Shown here: in pieces, positions 13,044 to 25,739 of the stretch
Layout of the letters: every line of letters begins with the position of its first letter
How positions within the stretch are numbered: the first letter of the stretch is position 1
NCBI GenBank assembly: GCA_009602735.1
Contig: WELA01003449.1
Span: forward strand, 211,597-275,596
Origin: Mesotaenium endlicherianum
Lineage: Eukaryota
Length of the DNA: 64,000 nucleotides
Direction of reading: 5' to 3'
Notes under the pieces: generated by a model
What the model saw: only the letters and a program-made list of their open reading frames with translations
Told to the model about the DNA's origin: nothing
Database searches by the model: none
Position numbers and translations under genes: made by a program

Positions 13044-14446
13044 CTCGCTTAGCGAGAGAGACCAGATGCACTATTTAGAAGACAGCGACTTTTGTCGCTC
13101 TAGCTCTGCCTAGTACATTAGGGCACTCATGCTGCGATTGGTATTCACAAATTGTTCACTCCGCAGGTTAAAGCCATGGCTGTCTGCTACGAGGGCGGCT
13201 AAACGAGCTCCTTACGGAATGAAGGCAGCTTCTGCTAAGAGGGTTGGCGGCAGTGTCGAACGGTGGCTATATTGGCCTGACCGAGAGTCGATATCATTTG
13301 GCCTCTCGCATTTTGATGCGCGTAGAATTGGCTGTTTGCATCAATTATCATATCTACTCTTCATGTGATGTACCCTTGTCAGCTAGGTTGGCCCCCCTTT
13401 ACGATCTATTTACGGTTCAATGGCGCGCAATGGGACAGTCCTTCTTCGCTACCCGAAAATAAAACGTCTCGTTGTAGCGACATTTGCTATGAGGGAAACC
13501 CCTAAAAGCGTCTCTTTGCACGAACCAACATCAATGGTCGCGCGTTTTTTTCCCGACTATTGTCATTATTCAGTGACGAACAGGTGGCGACTCTGCATCC
13601 CCGAACTGTGACACATCAAGGCAACAAGTGATTGTGTGATCACTCGAGAAGAAAACGACGTATTAAGGGAAAATAAGAGTGAGTTAGTAGAACAATGTAA
13701 GTAGCATGCGGATTCCCTTGCACCCATGTACATATCTTACTTAGACATGATCAGCCGACTGTTGGATCACAATGACCTTGAAAACAATGATGCATTAGAC
13801 GTGTTCACACTTAAGCTAGCCTGAACCGCGTCAATGGATCTTATGGCTTTGTCATCCTGCCCAAATCCCATTTTCTTGGTTCTCTAGCAAGGTGAGTTGG
13901 AAGTGCTTGTCAACCTTTGCAGACTGGAGCCCTTCATTGTTTCATGGATACTGGCAAAAAGAGAAGACAAAAAGGCAAGTAGGAAGTACGGCAAAAATAA
14001 AGTGAATTTGCAACCAAGCTATAATAACCTCAACACTAAGACAATTTGGCCCATGCTCAATGAGCCCGCTTCATTTCAAAGGTTTGTCACTAAAATATTT
14101 ACAATAATGCATTTCAAAGTGGTGGCTTGCGAATTCAATGAACAACTTTTTGTCTGTCCAATAGTAAAAGCAACAGATACGCAACAAAATGCTGCTGACC
14201 TCACATACAATGGATAGTACAAACACCGACACTTTTTTACAATATATACCTCTAGAAAATACTACAGGACATGAGGACATGAGTACAACTAACATACGCC
14301 TCGCAAGAGGCACTTAAGGACAATTCCACAATCTAGCCATGGCTTACAAATGGACAAGACCACCCAAATCTACACCAGCAAAGTGACATGGAATGTTAAG
14401 CAAGACAGTATGACCAGCTCTGTAAGACAACGATGCTAAAGTAGAC

Positions 14447-17400
14447 TTAACGGCGCCTTGTATTTGTCTTGCGCTTATCGTCCCTCTCCCTCTTCTCGGC
14501 GTTCTTTGTCTGCAACTTGCAAGGCAATAGAAGCAATTAGTCAAGGTAAACTGCATAAGCTGGCACAGCCTTTGTATACAAGAAGCAACTGGCAAGTAAA
14601 AGAATCTGCACCACATGAACACTGACTTTAATTGCGCACTAATGTAGATCCGGCACACACAACTCGCCCACACATGACCATTTGATGAAGAGAACTCAGA
14701 AGCTGCGATATTGCACGACTGGATTTCATTCAGACACACCAACCCAACTATCTAGATAGAACCTCAGTAATCTCAGAGCCCTTGTCAATGCAATATCGAT
14801 GCCCTTCCTAGAAAGACAGAACAGCAAACAAAAGGAACAGCAGAGGGTCACAACAGGGTGCAGATTCAGGAACTGAACAGCGGCAGCGAGTGGGGCCACA
14901 AGGGGTCATACCAAGATGATAAGGATGCGCACAAAAATAGCGACAAAGTCAATGAAGAGGTCAAGGGAGTGCTTGACGTAGTCCAGGTCGCCACGGTCGG
15001 CACGCTCCACGATCATTTGAGTGTCAAACAGAACATATCCTACAAAGATGAGCAGACCTCCGTAGAGCTGCACATTTAACCAAAAAACAAAAACAAAAAA
15101 CGACAGAGAAAATGAGAGCCAGAAGTGAACACATGTTCTAAAGAGCAATCACATCAACACAAATGCCCACCCCCCACATCACACACCCCCCCACACACAA
15201 AAAGAAACGAAACAAACAATAACAAGCCAGGCAATTCTTCTATTGGATGCAAAAGCTTGCCCCAGCGACATTCAATGCTTATGCTCATCAACCGGGGGAC
15301 GACAAAGTAGAGGCTCAGACAAAATGCAAAGGATTAGCTCACCTCGAGCTGGAACATGGCGGCAGAGCCACCGACAAAGAGGGTGGCAAAGCGCAGGGCA
15401 AACATGATGCTGATAGCAGACGATGCTACTCCACCAATAAACAGCATCTCCCGTCGCTTGGCAAGAAGAGCCGCGCCCGCAAAGCACGCGAATATCGCAA
15501 CAGTGCCGAGGAAGGCCGACAGGACGATGCTGCTCACGAGACATACACGTCATGTGTTCCAGGCATAAAGTAAGAAGCAGTAAGAAGCAAGTAAGAAGCA
15601 CGAACTCATCCATACTTGTACCTCTTCCAGGCAAAAGTGAAATGATAACAGGTATCCCATCAGGAAGTTGAGAGTCTCCAATGTCCACTGGGCACCCTCT
15701 TGTCTTCCTTTGTATGTTCAGTTCTGAAGAACGTGGGCAAAAGTACATGCGTCTGTGTAGGCTTGGATGCATAACCCCACGTGCAAATATGTATGAGCCC
15801 ACGTGCGCATATGTCTAAGCGTACGTGTTTGTCCAAGTGCACATTCCCAAAATATGCACATAAGATATTTCACATTAACAATTTGCAGTTGAAGAAACAT
15901 CAGAGTCAGCGAGCGCTTTGCTTACATTACCTTGGATCAAAACTGAGTACAGCCTCAACAAGGTTGCCGATAGAGCAGCCCTGCAGAAATGCAGCTGCCA
16001 CCAAGAGCTTCATCCTCTTGCCCTGCACGCCCACATTTAACCACAATCAGCACTTGCTGCACAAAAGAGAACTCAAACAGCAGGGCAGCATAACTGGCAC
16101 ATGCATGAATAGAGGCCCTCGATACACCAATCGAATGGCCAACTAATCATAAGCCCCCGGCCTTCGAGCCCAGTTGACACCGTAAGAATCAGAAAGGCAG
16201 AAGCAGGAGACGAACAAGAGCAGATAGTGTCCTGTCAATTGAAAGGCATTAGTCCTGTCAATTAGAAGGCATAGATATGAAGAGCACTATGTCAAAAGTG
16301 GCCTCTGCAACCTATCCTTGCAGCTTCTCCACTCCTAGCTTCACAAGAATGTGCCCTGGTTTTCCTGCTGGCTTACATCCTGTCTTACGTGATACCCTTA
16401 GACAGCTGTGAAATTCTAGGGATACCATGACAACTGGAAATATCTGCGGACGGACTCCTACATGCGTCAAAAACATCAGTGTGCGACAACGACTCAAGGC
16501 AGCTGCCAGGAAGAAAGACCAGAAACTTCAGAGAAAGAGGTCAGGATATAGAGAAAGTGCAAGAACTTGCCTGCTCATACTGAGTGGGAGGGATCGCGGT
16601 GAGCCACAGCACCGCACCTATAAAACCTATATGTGTCAATACGCCCCCAACATGTGACAAAATATGTACATAAACGCCCACAGCAGAAAGTAGCAGAGAA
16701 GCACAAAGTGTTGTAAACACCTGCAAAAACAATCATATTCGACAACGATATTAGCTTGTAGCACCCAAGAAGAGCTTGCAGATGGTCTTGGCAAGAACAT
16801 CCGTCCCCATATATAAAGCATATGTGTCCAGTGCACCTAACTAGCCAGTGATAGTGCTACATATGTCAAGACACAGATATTTAGGCAGAACTGCATCACA
16901 TGTAAAGCCCATGTCACCACGTTATCTTCGAGCACACCTGCTTGTACGGTTTTACTATCAGTCAGAAATAGCCGTAGTTTAATGATCGATACACGATTGA
17001 ACATCTGATGTACATGCTGATGACATTTTCAAGGTAGTCTTCCTGCCAGCTTGTCCAGAGCGCTTATTGCATGATGTACTCAAAAGTTCTTTGCGCTAGG
17101 GAATGCGTAGCAAGTTAAGCAGGAGCATCAAGAGTGTATACCACCTCATCTATAGTAAGGTAGTTCTAAAGTCAGTAAGAAGCCCAAAGCTGAACACAAA
17201 GTAGGCAGACTTCGAATTTGCCTAAAGGGAACTGGAATAATCTCATAAGGACAAATAAGACTCTTAAACGCTTTCACCGTACGGCATAGAGAATTAGTGA
17301 GACTATCCACGTTGTTAGACTATCTACGTTGTTATTCCACTACTTTACAACACATCCTGACTCCGGAGCGCCACAGCGTTAAGCGACAATGATTTCATGT

Positions 17401-17571
17401 CTAGCTTCATGCAGCAAGAAGATGCAGCAACTTCAGCCTACAGTACTTGACTGAACTCACCTTCTGCAGATGGTTCTGCACCTTAGGCGACAAGGCCTGG
17501 AAATTCTTTAGTGCGTTCGTATTCCAAGTGGTACGCGTCCTCTCGTCAAAAAACGAGGAGAAGGTATCCAT
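14447..17571 (-). CDS. BI-1: Bax inhibitor-1 (TMBIM6 family), 6 exons
   Basis: Exons: 17571-17461 ([10 protein letters not shown]...[17 protein letters not shown]), 16720-16571 ([17 protein letters not shown]...), 16022-15931 ([19 protein letters not shown]...FDP), 15529-15343 ([23 protein letters not shown]...FQLE), 15067-14912 ([23 protein letters not shown]...[24 protein letters not shown]), 14509-14447 (basic tail [20 protein letters not shown]). Intron 2 has a GC donor. Confidence 0.96.
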
Positions 17572-17930
17572 ATTTACGTCCAGCTAGAAGGCCACGACGT
17601 TATCGCCTGGTTATATGTCACTTTACACAGTGGGGACGAGGTAATACGGGATGATGTAATACACGATGGGGTATGATGCAACTAAGATTGATGCAGAGAC
17701 GGATGGTCGAAAGTGCAATGCTAAGAAATCTCTTGCACGAAATGATAAGCTATTGGGGGTTCTGAACAATTCTGCGAGTGTCCCGAAGGCCCCGTTCCCA
17801 CAGCTCCTGTGCACCCTGCCCTATACTGGTATGTCGCGACTATCGAAGTACTACTGAACATCGACATGCCTAGAAGGTTCGTGCTGGTCGTCAGTTTGCC
17901 CGCTCCTATTCCTCCAGAGCCTGGAACCAT

Positions 17931-18011
17931 GTCTGGGACAGTTCGGGACAATCTTGGCAAATTGGGGACAAACCAGGACCGTTCTGGACCAATCTGGACA
18001 ATGGGAGGGAC
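17931..18011. repeat. Degenerate 10-bp-period GGAC array
   Basis: GGAC at 17936, 17946, (GGCA 17956), 17966, 17976, 17986, 17996, then 18008. Confidence 0.8.
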
Positions 18012-18431
18012 CCTCCTTACAAACCCCGACTCACTTGGTACAAATTTGAGATTCACGACGTATGTCAATCCATACTAATCCCCATTAATTTGGGCCAATG
18101 AAAATTCATATACCACGTCATCAAAGTTATGCTGTCAACTACTGTCAACACCAATGACAGGGCACGTGTCTCATGTCGCGAGGAGCTCTATATGGATTCC
18201 AAAGTTCTCGAGCACTTCCAACTTCCAAAGAGATGTTTACTACCTGCTATACTACCCATGCACATGCAGACCACTGAAGACTGGCGAAGACCACAAGTTC
18301 GCCATTGCTTATGCGGCTATATGGAGTGAGGTGGATCATTCGAATGCTCGATACTAGGTTCCCACTCATTCCCAATGGTTCTCACACGATGACCATGAGC
18401 GTTCTACTCCGTATCTTGCAATATATGTAGG

Positions 18432-19439
18432 ATGCGATACGTTCTCACTCTGCAAAGGCCCGGTGAGGATCGCATGGCTGTGGAAGTACGACAAAGCAGT
18501 AAGAAAATATTTGCACACAACAGCACATTGGCACAAGTAAAACGCGCTCTAGTAGTTGCGGAGCCATTATTTCTTGGTTGCGTGCATGTAAACACGAATA
18601 AGTACAACTGCAAAAAATTGATAGACACCAACTTGGAGAAGATTACGTGTAAATATCAAGGGTGAGACTCTTTCCTACAACAACAAACTAGGCCACGGGT
18701 ATGTGATGGGTCCTTCCACACATGTGAGCTCCCGGGGTGTTACACGGTCTTTGTCTCAACAGTGAGTGTTGCCTCTGTCTTCATGTGCGCTGCTGCTTCA
18801 ATGTGATGAGCACAAGTAATGGCTCACTAGTCACTTTGCAAAGGAGTACAGACCACATACGATGCATGACAACTCATTGACGAGAAACTTTGTCTCGCCT
18901 TGGCAGCCCAAATTTGACGTTGGTCTCTTGTTACAGACATGGTGCTTGCAATTAGTATGGCACGAGGTCAGTCCTGCCAAGTCTTGCAACAAAAGTCCGG
19001 AGTAATAATGCCAATGCAACATGTATGCGACTCAAGTATTAATGTGGCACTGTATGCCAGGAGCCTTGCAAGCTGGCCCTTATAGAAACCTTATCATATT
19101 CTGAATGAGTTTGATGTGCTAATCTAGCATAGCAGTTGTAGGAGATGATAAAAGGCGTACGACTGCAAGTGTCCTTTCTCTCTGGCTGAGTATTTTTCAT
19201 TATGCTGCAGTATTATGGTCAAGAGTGGAAAAGTAGCTGCCCTTCCAGAGGCCAAGGTGAAGGTGTCCTCCCAAGTATTGGCCCGACTACGCAGCCACGA
19301 AAAATCACGTCCCTCTAATGGGTTTCTTTTATGCATATCTTGCCGCGGTACTTCTGTTGTGATCATAACTGAGTGCGCTGCTATACCTGTATATCTGTCT
19401 AGCACTGTCAGCCTGAAAGTGCAAACAAAGTCCTTATAA
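18432..19439 (+). CDS. Possible two-exon hypothetical protein (~140-150 aa)
   Basis: ORF from ATG 18432 or 18474 to 18661 ends at GG|GTGAGA (phase 2). Acceptor TGCAG|T at 19211 rejoins in frame with the ORF ending TAA at 19439 (...ITCKYQG-IMVKSGKVAALPEAK...). No recognisable domain. Confidence 0.3.
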
Positions 19440-19976
19440 ATTTTGTCATTGTTATATGTTCTTCCGCTACATTCTGATGCTTATCAACTTCAATATAAAT
19501 GCCAGCAGAGAATAAGCTCAGATTCATCTCCAGTGGGGAGAAGATGATGTTTGAGAGGCCTATCTGACGCCCGACACATAGGCCGGTAACTTTTATCATG
19601 GAGATACTATCTGCTTAGAGCAGCAAGTGGAGTCACTCCTGACAGTGGACCCATTGGCACTGCCTTCGCTAGCGATCCTTCTTACTCCTAGAGCAACGCA
19701 TTGGAATGAGCTGTGACTTGCATTCTGTCGCATTCAATATAATGCCCCACGTCAGCAAGTAGCACACAAAGAGATTCAGTATGTGCTTATCTTCACCTCA
19801 TGTCGAAATGAGCACAATGGCCGGACACAGACATCACAGTATCTGAGCTCTCTTACAAAGTGATTGACGCTATGCAGCTGAAAATGTGAAACCTAATCTT
19901 AAACCCGTATCTATAACCCCGGCCCTAATTCTTGAATATATTATAACCCCGACTTCTAAGCTGCTGACTTGATTCC

Positions 19977-20795
19977 CTAAGGTTGCCCCTTTCCAACGTC
20001 TTTCACCTCCTTTATGATATCTGCATTAAATTCTACGTTCTGTTTCCAAACCTCGCCACCTTCATACACCTCCTTCTTCCAAATAGGAACGTTGGCCTTC
20101 AGCTCGTCTATTAGGAAATGGCAAGCCTCAATACATTCTTTCCTATGCACAGAGGAGACCGCAATGATAACACTTGCTTCTCCCACGCCCACTAGTCCTA
20201 TCCTGTGTGCCATTGCGACTTTGGTCAACGGCCACTTTGACCGTGCCACTTGGCATGTTTCCTGGAGCTTGCTGCAGGGACAGGAAGGTGCAACACAGGC
20301 TTCAATATAAGAACTGTTCAATGAGCATATCCTATGATGCACATGTACCTTGCCTGCAACAGAATCTGCAACAAGCTTGGTGACGCTGAATCTTCATATG
20401 AGGGCGTGAATGCATGTGTCTGAGTGTGTGTGTGTGTAAGTGTGTGTGTGTGTGTGTGTGGGTGGGTGTGGGTGTGGGTGTGTGTGTGTCCACCACACTG
20501 TAGGCTGTTCTATAACACAACATATAAATACATAAGAGCAGTGCTGCATACTCAAACAGCTGTGGGATTGATGTTGGTGTCGTGAGAGTAAGGGTTACCT
20601 GAGAGCCATAGGAACATAAGCCTCGTACTCCAACCTGACGACCTTCTTCCCATCAAAAGAGTCCCTTGTAGTACCTGTGAACGTTGATATACCCCCTGCC
20701 GCATTGTCATGTACCCAGTTTACATACTTATTGAGGTCCAGTGGCTCTGCTGTAACTTCCACAAGGTCTTGAGGTGGACTTGGTGAGGACTCCAT
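19977..20795 (-). CDS. MOCS2B: Molybdopterin synthase catalytic subunit (MoaE/MOCS2B/CNX6), 2 exons
   Basis: Exon 1 20795-20599 (...AGGISTFTGTTRDSFDGKKVVRLEYEAYVPMAL). Exon 2 20271-19977 (AMAHRIGLVGVGEASVIIAVSSVHRK...LIDELKANVPIWKKEVY). Canonical MoaE motifs; phase-2 GT-AG intron containing a (GT)n tract. Confidence 0.96.
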
Positions 20796-21718
20796 GGGGA
20801 TAACCGTACAGCAGCTTGCTGTACAGCAGCTTGCTGAGATCAGAAAGGCAATCTCTCTGTCTCCTATTTTGTTCTTGAGCGCCACTTTTATCTGGACCCC
20901 TCAGCTGCCTCAAGGTTGTAAATCAGCAAAGGAACTTCACCCCACTTTGATCAACTGACAGCAGCCTGAAAGCTGTTCCTTTCCAGAATCACATGGAGAA
21001 ATGTGAAGCAAGCATCCTTTTAAGGACGATGAAGCGACTCTCCAATAAAAGAAGTCGTCTGCAGTGAACCCAGCATACTCAGGCCTCAACAACCTTGCTT
21101 ATCGGCAAACTAGCTATGGCTGCACTTGCGAGGGAAGATTTTGATGGCGCAGAACTCTACGAGGAATACAGTGGTTACGCAGGGCCTGCTAGTGCCAAAC
21201 TTCGACCAAAGTTAACGTTCATATCAGCAAGTCGCGACATAGAAAGCAACCTTGCAGAGGATCGAATTGAAACATCAAGAGTGTCAAATGAGTAAATCAT
21301 ACTACGACTAAACGATAAGCACCTTCTTTAAATGCATGTGCACGGATTACTTGAATGATTTCCTACACTGTCGCCCAAGACTGAGGCTGGGCGCAAAGTA
21401 AAACGACTTAAAGCTCTCGTGCAAGGAGTAGACGCTTGTACGTTGGAGATCTTACTACTGCGTTATCCTAGAGGTACCTGAATAGAACAGTTCCGAAAGC
21501 TGACTGGTGTGTAGTCAGAATGACATCGCCCCTCCAAAATAGAGGTGGGCTAGATTAAAGGGGCTGCATCATAAATGTGCATTTACAAAAATCTTTCCCC
21601 CCATATACTCAATGAAGTTTTCTCTGACCCCATCGTCATCAAGAATAGTCTTATACTTAGTACTCACTCTGCAATAAAAGGCGACTTTTCCTTGTAAATC
21701 TAACTAAGAGCAGCTGCC

Positions 21719-24700
21719 ATGTTGGTGGATTTGGCCTCCTTCTCGGAGGAAACCTTTGATCCAAAGGCTTGGGTGAATGCTACATGCCAAGGTCGGCCTC
21801 AAGATGAACCTGTGGAGAAGCACTTGTCGGAAATTGAAATGCAACTACAACTAACTGCAGGTAAGGTCATAAGACCCAGAAGGAAACATTAAACATGGTC
21901 AAGGATAATCGTAGTGCCTGATGTTATATATTCCAAGTTAGAGACTTCCTGAATAGGCCATTTGCAAAGCCAGGACCCTGTGCCTCTCATACGTGCTTAG
22001 CACTTCTTCTAGCTACAAGGTCAGCTGGTCCACACAGGTCAGACGTTCTATGTTACAAGTAGAAGTGGCTCAGCAGGAAGCAAGAAAATAGACTGAGGGG
22101 TTGAGCATTGTGGTCGGACTACTTGTGAAGCAGTTGGGTGCATTGTGCATGATGTGATGGTATGGTGGAGGTTGTAGACTGAGTGAATGAGGCCAAGCAA
22201 GCAACATGAGCTTCAGGAGAAGAGTTTGTGAAGCCACTCTTGTCAAAGCCAAATCCCGTCTATCCTTCAGCACTTTTACCAGCTGATATTCCTGAGGAAC
22301 AACCTTACCACGCCAACATAAGAGCTGCAGGGTGTGTGTCATTGTGTGCGTTCTGAGCTTACTTATGTTTCTTAGGCATCGAACAGAGGAAATTTTACAG
22401 TTTGAGCTGGCATGGAGGAGGGGACTTTGTAGCAGATAAGAAACTTCTTCTTCCACATATACTGGATGCTGACACTGGACGCTGATGGCAGCAGGTTGTT
22501 GTCTGAAAGAGCTCAATTGAGTCAACCCAATCTGCTGTATCCTATGTCAGAATCAACCTATAAGCTAGAACTTATGTATTGTAGGCTAACTACTATAGGC
22601 CTTGCAGGCAATCCTTTGACTGCCTCAGGCCTCAAGTTAGCTCTTGGCTGGTTGCAGCAGAAACTTTGTTCATAGTATTTTTGCATCCGTTCTTGTTCAC
22701 CTGCTACAAGTTGCAACATCTTGATTTAAGTACTTTGCTTCCCGTCCATGACATGAGTTGTACACAAATCCCCGTCCCTCCTCTCCCCCTTCCGCCCTCA
22801 CCCACTGTCCCATTCTCCTCCTTCTTGCCCCCACCCCTCAACACTGTTGGTGTTCCATGCAAGCACCCTAGTGACGAGCTTGCTCCGATCCAGCAAAAGC
22901 TTCTTGGGAGACATGCTTCCCCTGTAGTTGAGGCATGCACCAAGCGCCCACCCTTCATCTGCCCCCACTTTCATTCCCCGCCCCTTCCTTCCCCCACCCT
23001 TCACTCCCCAACCCTTCACCCCCCCACCCTTCGTCCCTCCCCCTTTGCCCCCCTCCCTCCTCCCATGTCGTGTGCGTGAGCAAGCTGCAGAGGACCTGGG
23101 CAACAGCTTGGAGGAGCTCAGCAAGAACGCACTGCTGCTAGTCCCGCGGGCCGTGAGGGAGACCAACCGGGTGCGCGACGACGGCCTGTCTCTGCGCGGC
23201 ACCGTCGGGGGCATCCTGCAGCGCCTGGAGCAGGTGACCCCCCCACCTTCCCTCTTTTCCTCCTCTCAGCCACCCCTCCTCTAAGCCGTCCGTCCTCCCA
23301 GCCGCCTCTCCTCTGAGCCGTCCACCCTCTCAGTCGTTCCTCCTCTCAGCTGCCCCCCCTCTCAGCCGCCTCCTCAGTTTCCTGACTGTTTAGAACCTCC
23401 AAGACAACTGTCAAGAACACCCACTCTCCGTAGTTAATGAGTGGATTTGTGTTTCAAGTTTAGGATTGAGGAGAACATCTTCTTGCGGTAAGCACTCTGG
23501 CTTTTGGGGATGGATGGTTCCAGTTCACCATCTTGTGGCTGGACCTGGGGCTGAGTAGGCTGGGAGGACTGTCATTGTGCTGAGGTTTGGCCCAGAGGTT
23601 CCGGTTGAGTGGGCTGGGAGGAATGTCAATACACTGAGGTGTTGTCCCAAAGGCTTGGGCTATGTAGCTGGAAGGGATGTCACTATGTGGACGAGTGGCC
23701 CTGTGTGCTTGGGCTAAGTAGGCTGGGACGCATGTCGTTATCTGAGGAGTGGTTGTATGTGCTGGCGCTCTGCTTGCGAGCAAATCGGCCCCTGGCGTGC
23801 AGGCAGAGGGGAGCTCGGCACAGTCGGTGGCTGCCTTGGCGCGGGTGGACGTGGTGAAGCAGCGCATGGAGGCTGCACGCGACACGCTGCAAGTATGGCT
23901 CCCCCTCCCCTCCCTCCCTAAGTCCACCTAGCACATGCTCAGGCATAAAGCGNGAGGAGCTCAGCAAGAACGCACTGCTGCTAGTCCCGCGGGCCGTGAG
24001 GGAGACCAACCGGGTGCGCGACGACGGCCTGTCTCTGCGCGGCACCGTCGGGGGCATCCTGCAGCGCCTGGAGCAGGTGACCCCCCCACCTTCCCTCTTT
24101 TCCTCCTCTCAGCCACCCCTCCTCTAAGCCGTCCGTCCTCCCAGCCGCCTCTCCTCTGAGCCGTCCACCCTCTCAGTCGTTCCTCCTCTCAGCTGCCCCC
24201 CCTCTCAGCCGCCTCCTCAGTTTCCTGACTGTTTAGAACCTCCAAGACAACTGTCAAGAACACCCACTCTCCGTAGTTAATGAGTGGATTTGTGTTTCAA
24301 GTTTAGGATTGAGGAGAACATCTTCTTGCGGTAAGCACTCTGGCTTTTGGGGATGGATGGTTCCAGTTCACCATCTTGTGGCTGGACCTGGGGCTGAGTA
24401 GGCTGGGAGGACTGTCATTGTGCTGAGGTTTGGCCCAGAGGTTCCGGTTGAGTGGGCTGGGAGGAATGTCAATACACTGAGGTGTTGTCCCAAAGGCTTG
24501 GGCTATGTAGCTGGAAGGGATGTCACTATGTGGACGAGTGGCCCTGTGTGCTTGGGCTAAGTAGGCTGGGACGCATGTCGTTATCTGAGGAGTGGTTGTA
24601 TGTGCTGGCGCTCTGCTTGCGAGCAAATCGGCCCCTGGCGTGCAGGCAGAGGGGAGCTCGGCACAGTCGGTGGCTGCCTTGGCGCGGGTGGACGTGGTGA

Positions 24701-25691
24701 AGCAGCGCATGGAGGCTGCACGCGACACGCTGCAAGTATGGCTCCCCCTCCCCTCCCTCCCTAAGTCCACCTAGCACATGCTCAGGCATAAAGCGCCTCA
24801 TTTGCGCTGGCTGTCATGCGCACAAGAAGCACTTGCTCATACTGTGCCATGTGAGCGAGAGAAGCCGACGCACAGGGAGTGTCGCAGGGGCGTCCGTGTC
24901 TCCCAGAGCCCCTCGTCCTGGCCATGGCTCCCTCCTGGGACCCGCGCACCCAGCTGCGGCCCCGGCGCTGCCCCAACGCTGCTCCACTTTTCGGCCCTTG
25001 CCCTCCACGCCCACAGCCTGCATGTTCTTGTCGCAACATTCTTCTGCTTGTATTCACCGTGTGGGGCGCACAGGCGCACGTTTCCCGTCATCCATAAGTA
25101 CTCATGCCAGGTGTTGTTGTGCTCCTCCTGCCTGCCATGTGTCAGGACGCGGCGGGATTGGCTCAACTGAGCGCGTCTGTTGAGGAGGTGTTTGCCAGCA
25201 AGGACCTGACACGTGTCGCTGAGACGCTGGCTTCCATGCGCCGCTGCCTTGCCGTTGTTGGAGAGGTACTGGATATGCTAAAACCCCCCTATACCCCCCC
25301 CCNNNNNNNNNNNNNNNNNNNNNNNNNNNNNNNNNNNNNNNNNNNNNNNNNNNNNNNNNNNNNNNNNNNNNNNNNNNNNNNNNNNNNNNNNNNNNNNNNN
25401 NNNNNNNNNNNNCCCTTCCCCCTTTACCCCCAAGAATAATTCCCTGCCTTGCGCGCATGTCGTGACTTTTGCTTGTACCTCTCCCTCCCTCCCTTAGTTT
25501 TGGAATCGTTTTCTTTGGGCCCTCAAAAAATGCAACACCTCACAGCTTTCTGTGCCCGATGCAAAAATGCGCGACATCACGTTGGCATGCTGGGGGCAGC
25601 GCATATCCAAACGCGCGCTCGATTCGTATTGCCAGCACCTAATGCATGCGACCGCTCCGACACCAGACCAACGCCTCCTGCATGCTTATTT

Positions 25692-25739
<48 letters not shown>

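Noticed and set aside
20796..21130. Bicistronic MOCS2A upstream of MOCS2B, as in animals (GDREIAFL loosely resembles MoaD GDEIA)
   Set aside because: No C-terminal PPxSGG and no MoaD-like upstream ORF seen on the minus strand.
23111..24795. Apparent duplicated COG7 exons 2-3
   Set aside because: Identical copies around a single N; the second copy starts mid-exon.
25303..25412. N gaps flanked by poly-C/G (also 33731-33898 and 60417-60461)
   Set aside because: Consistent with sequencing dropout at homopolymers; contents unknown, so no biological claim is made.
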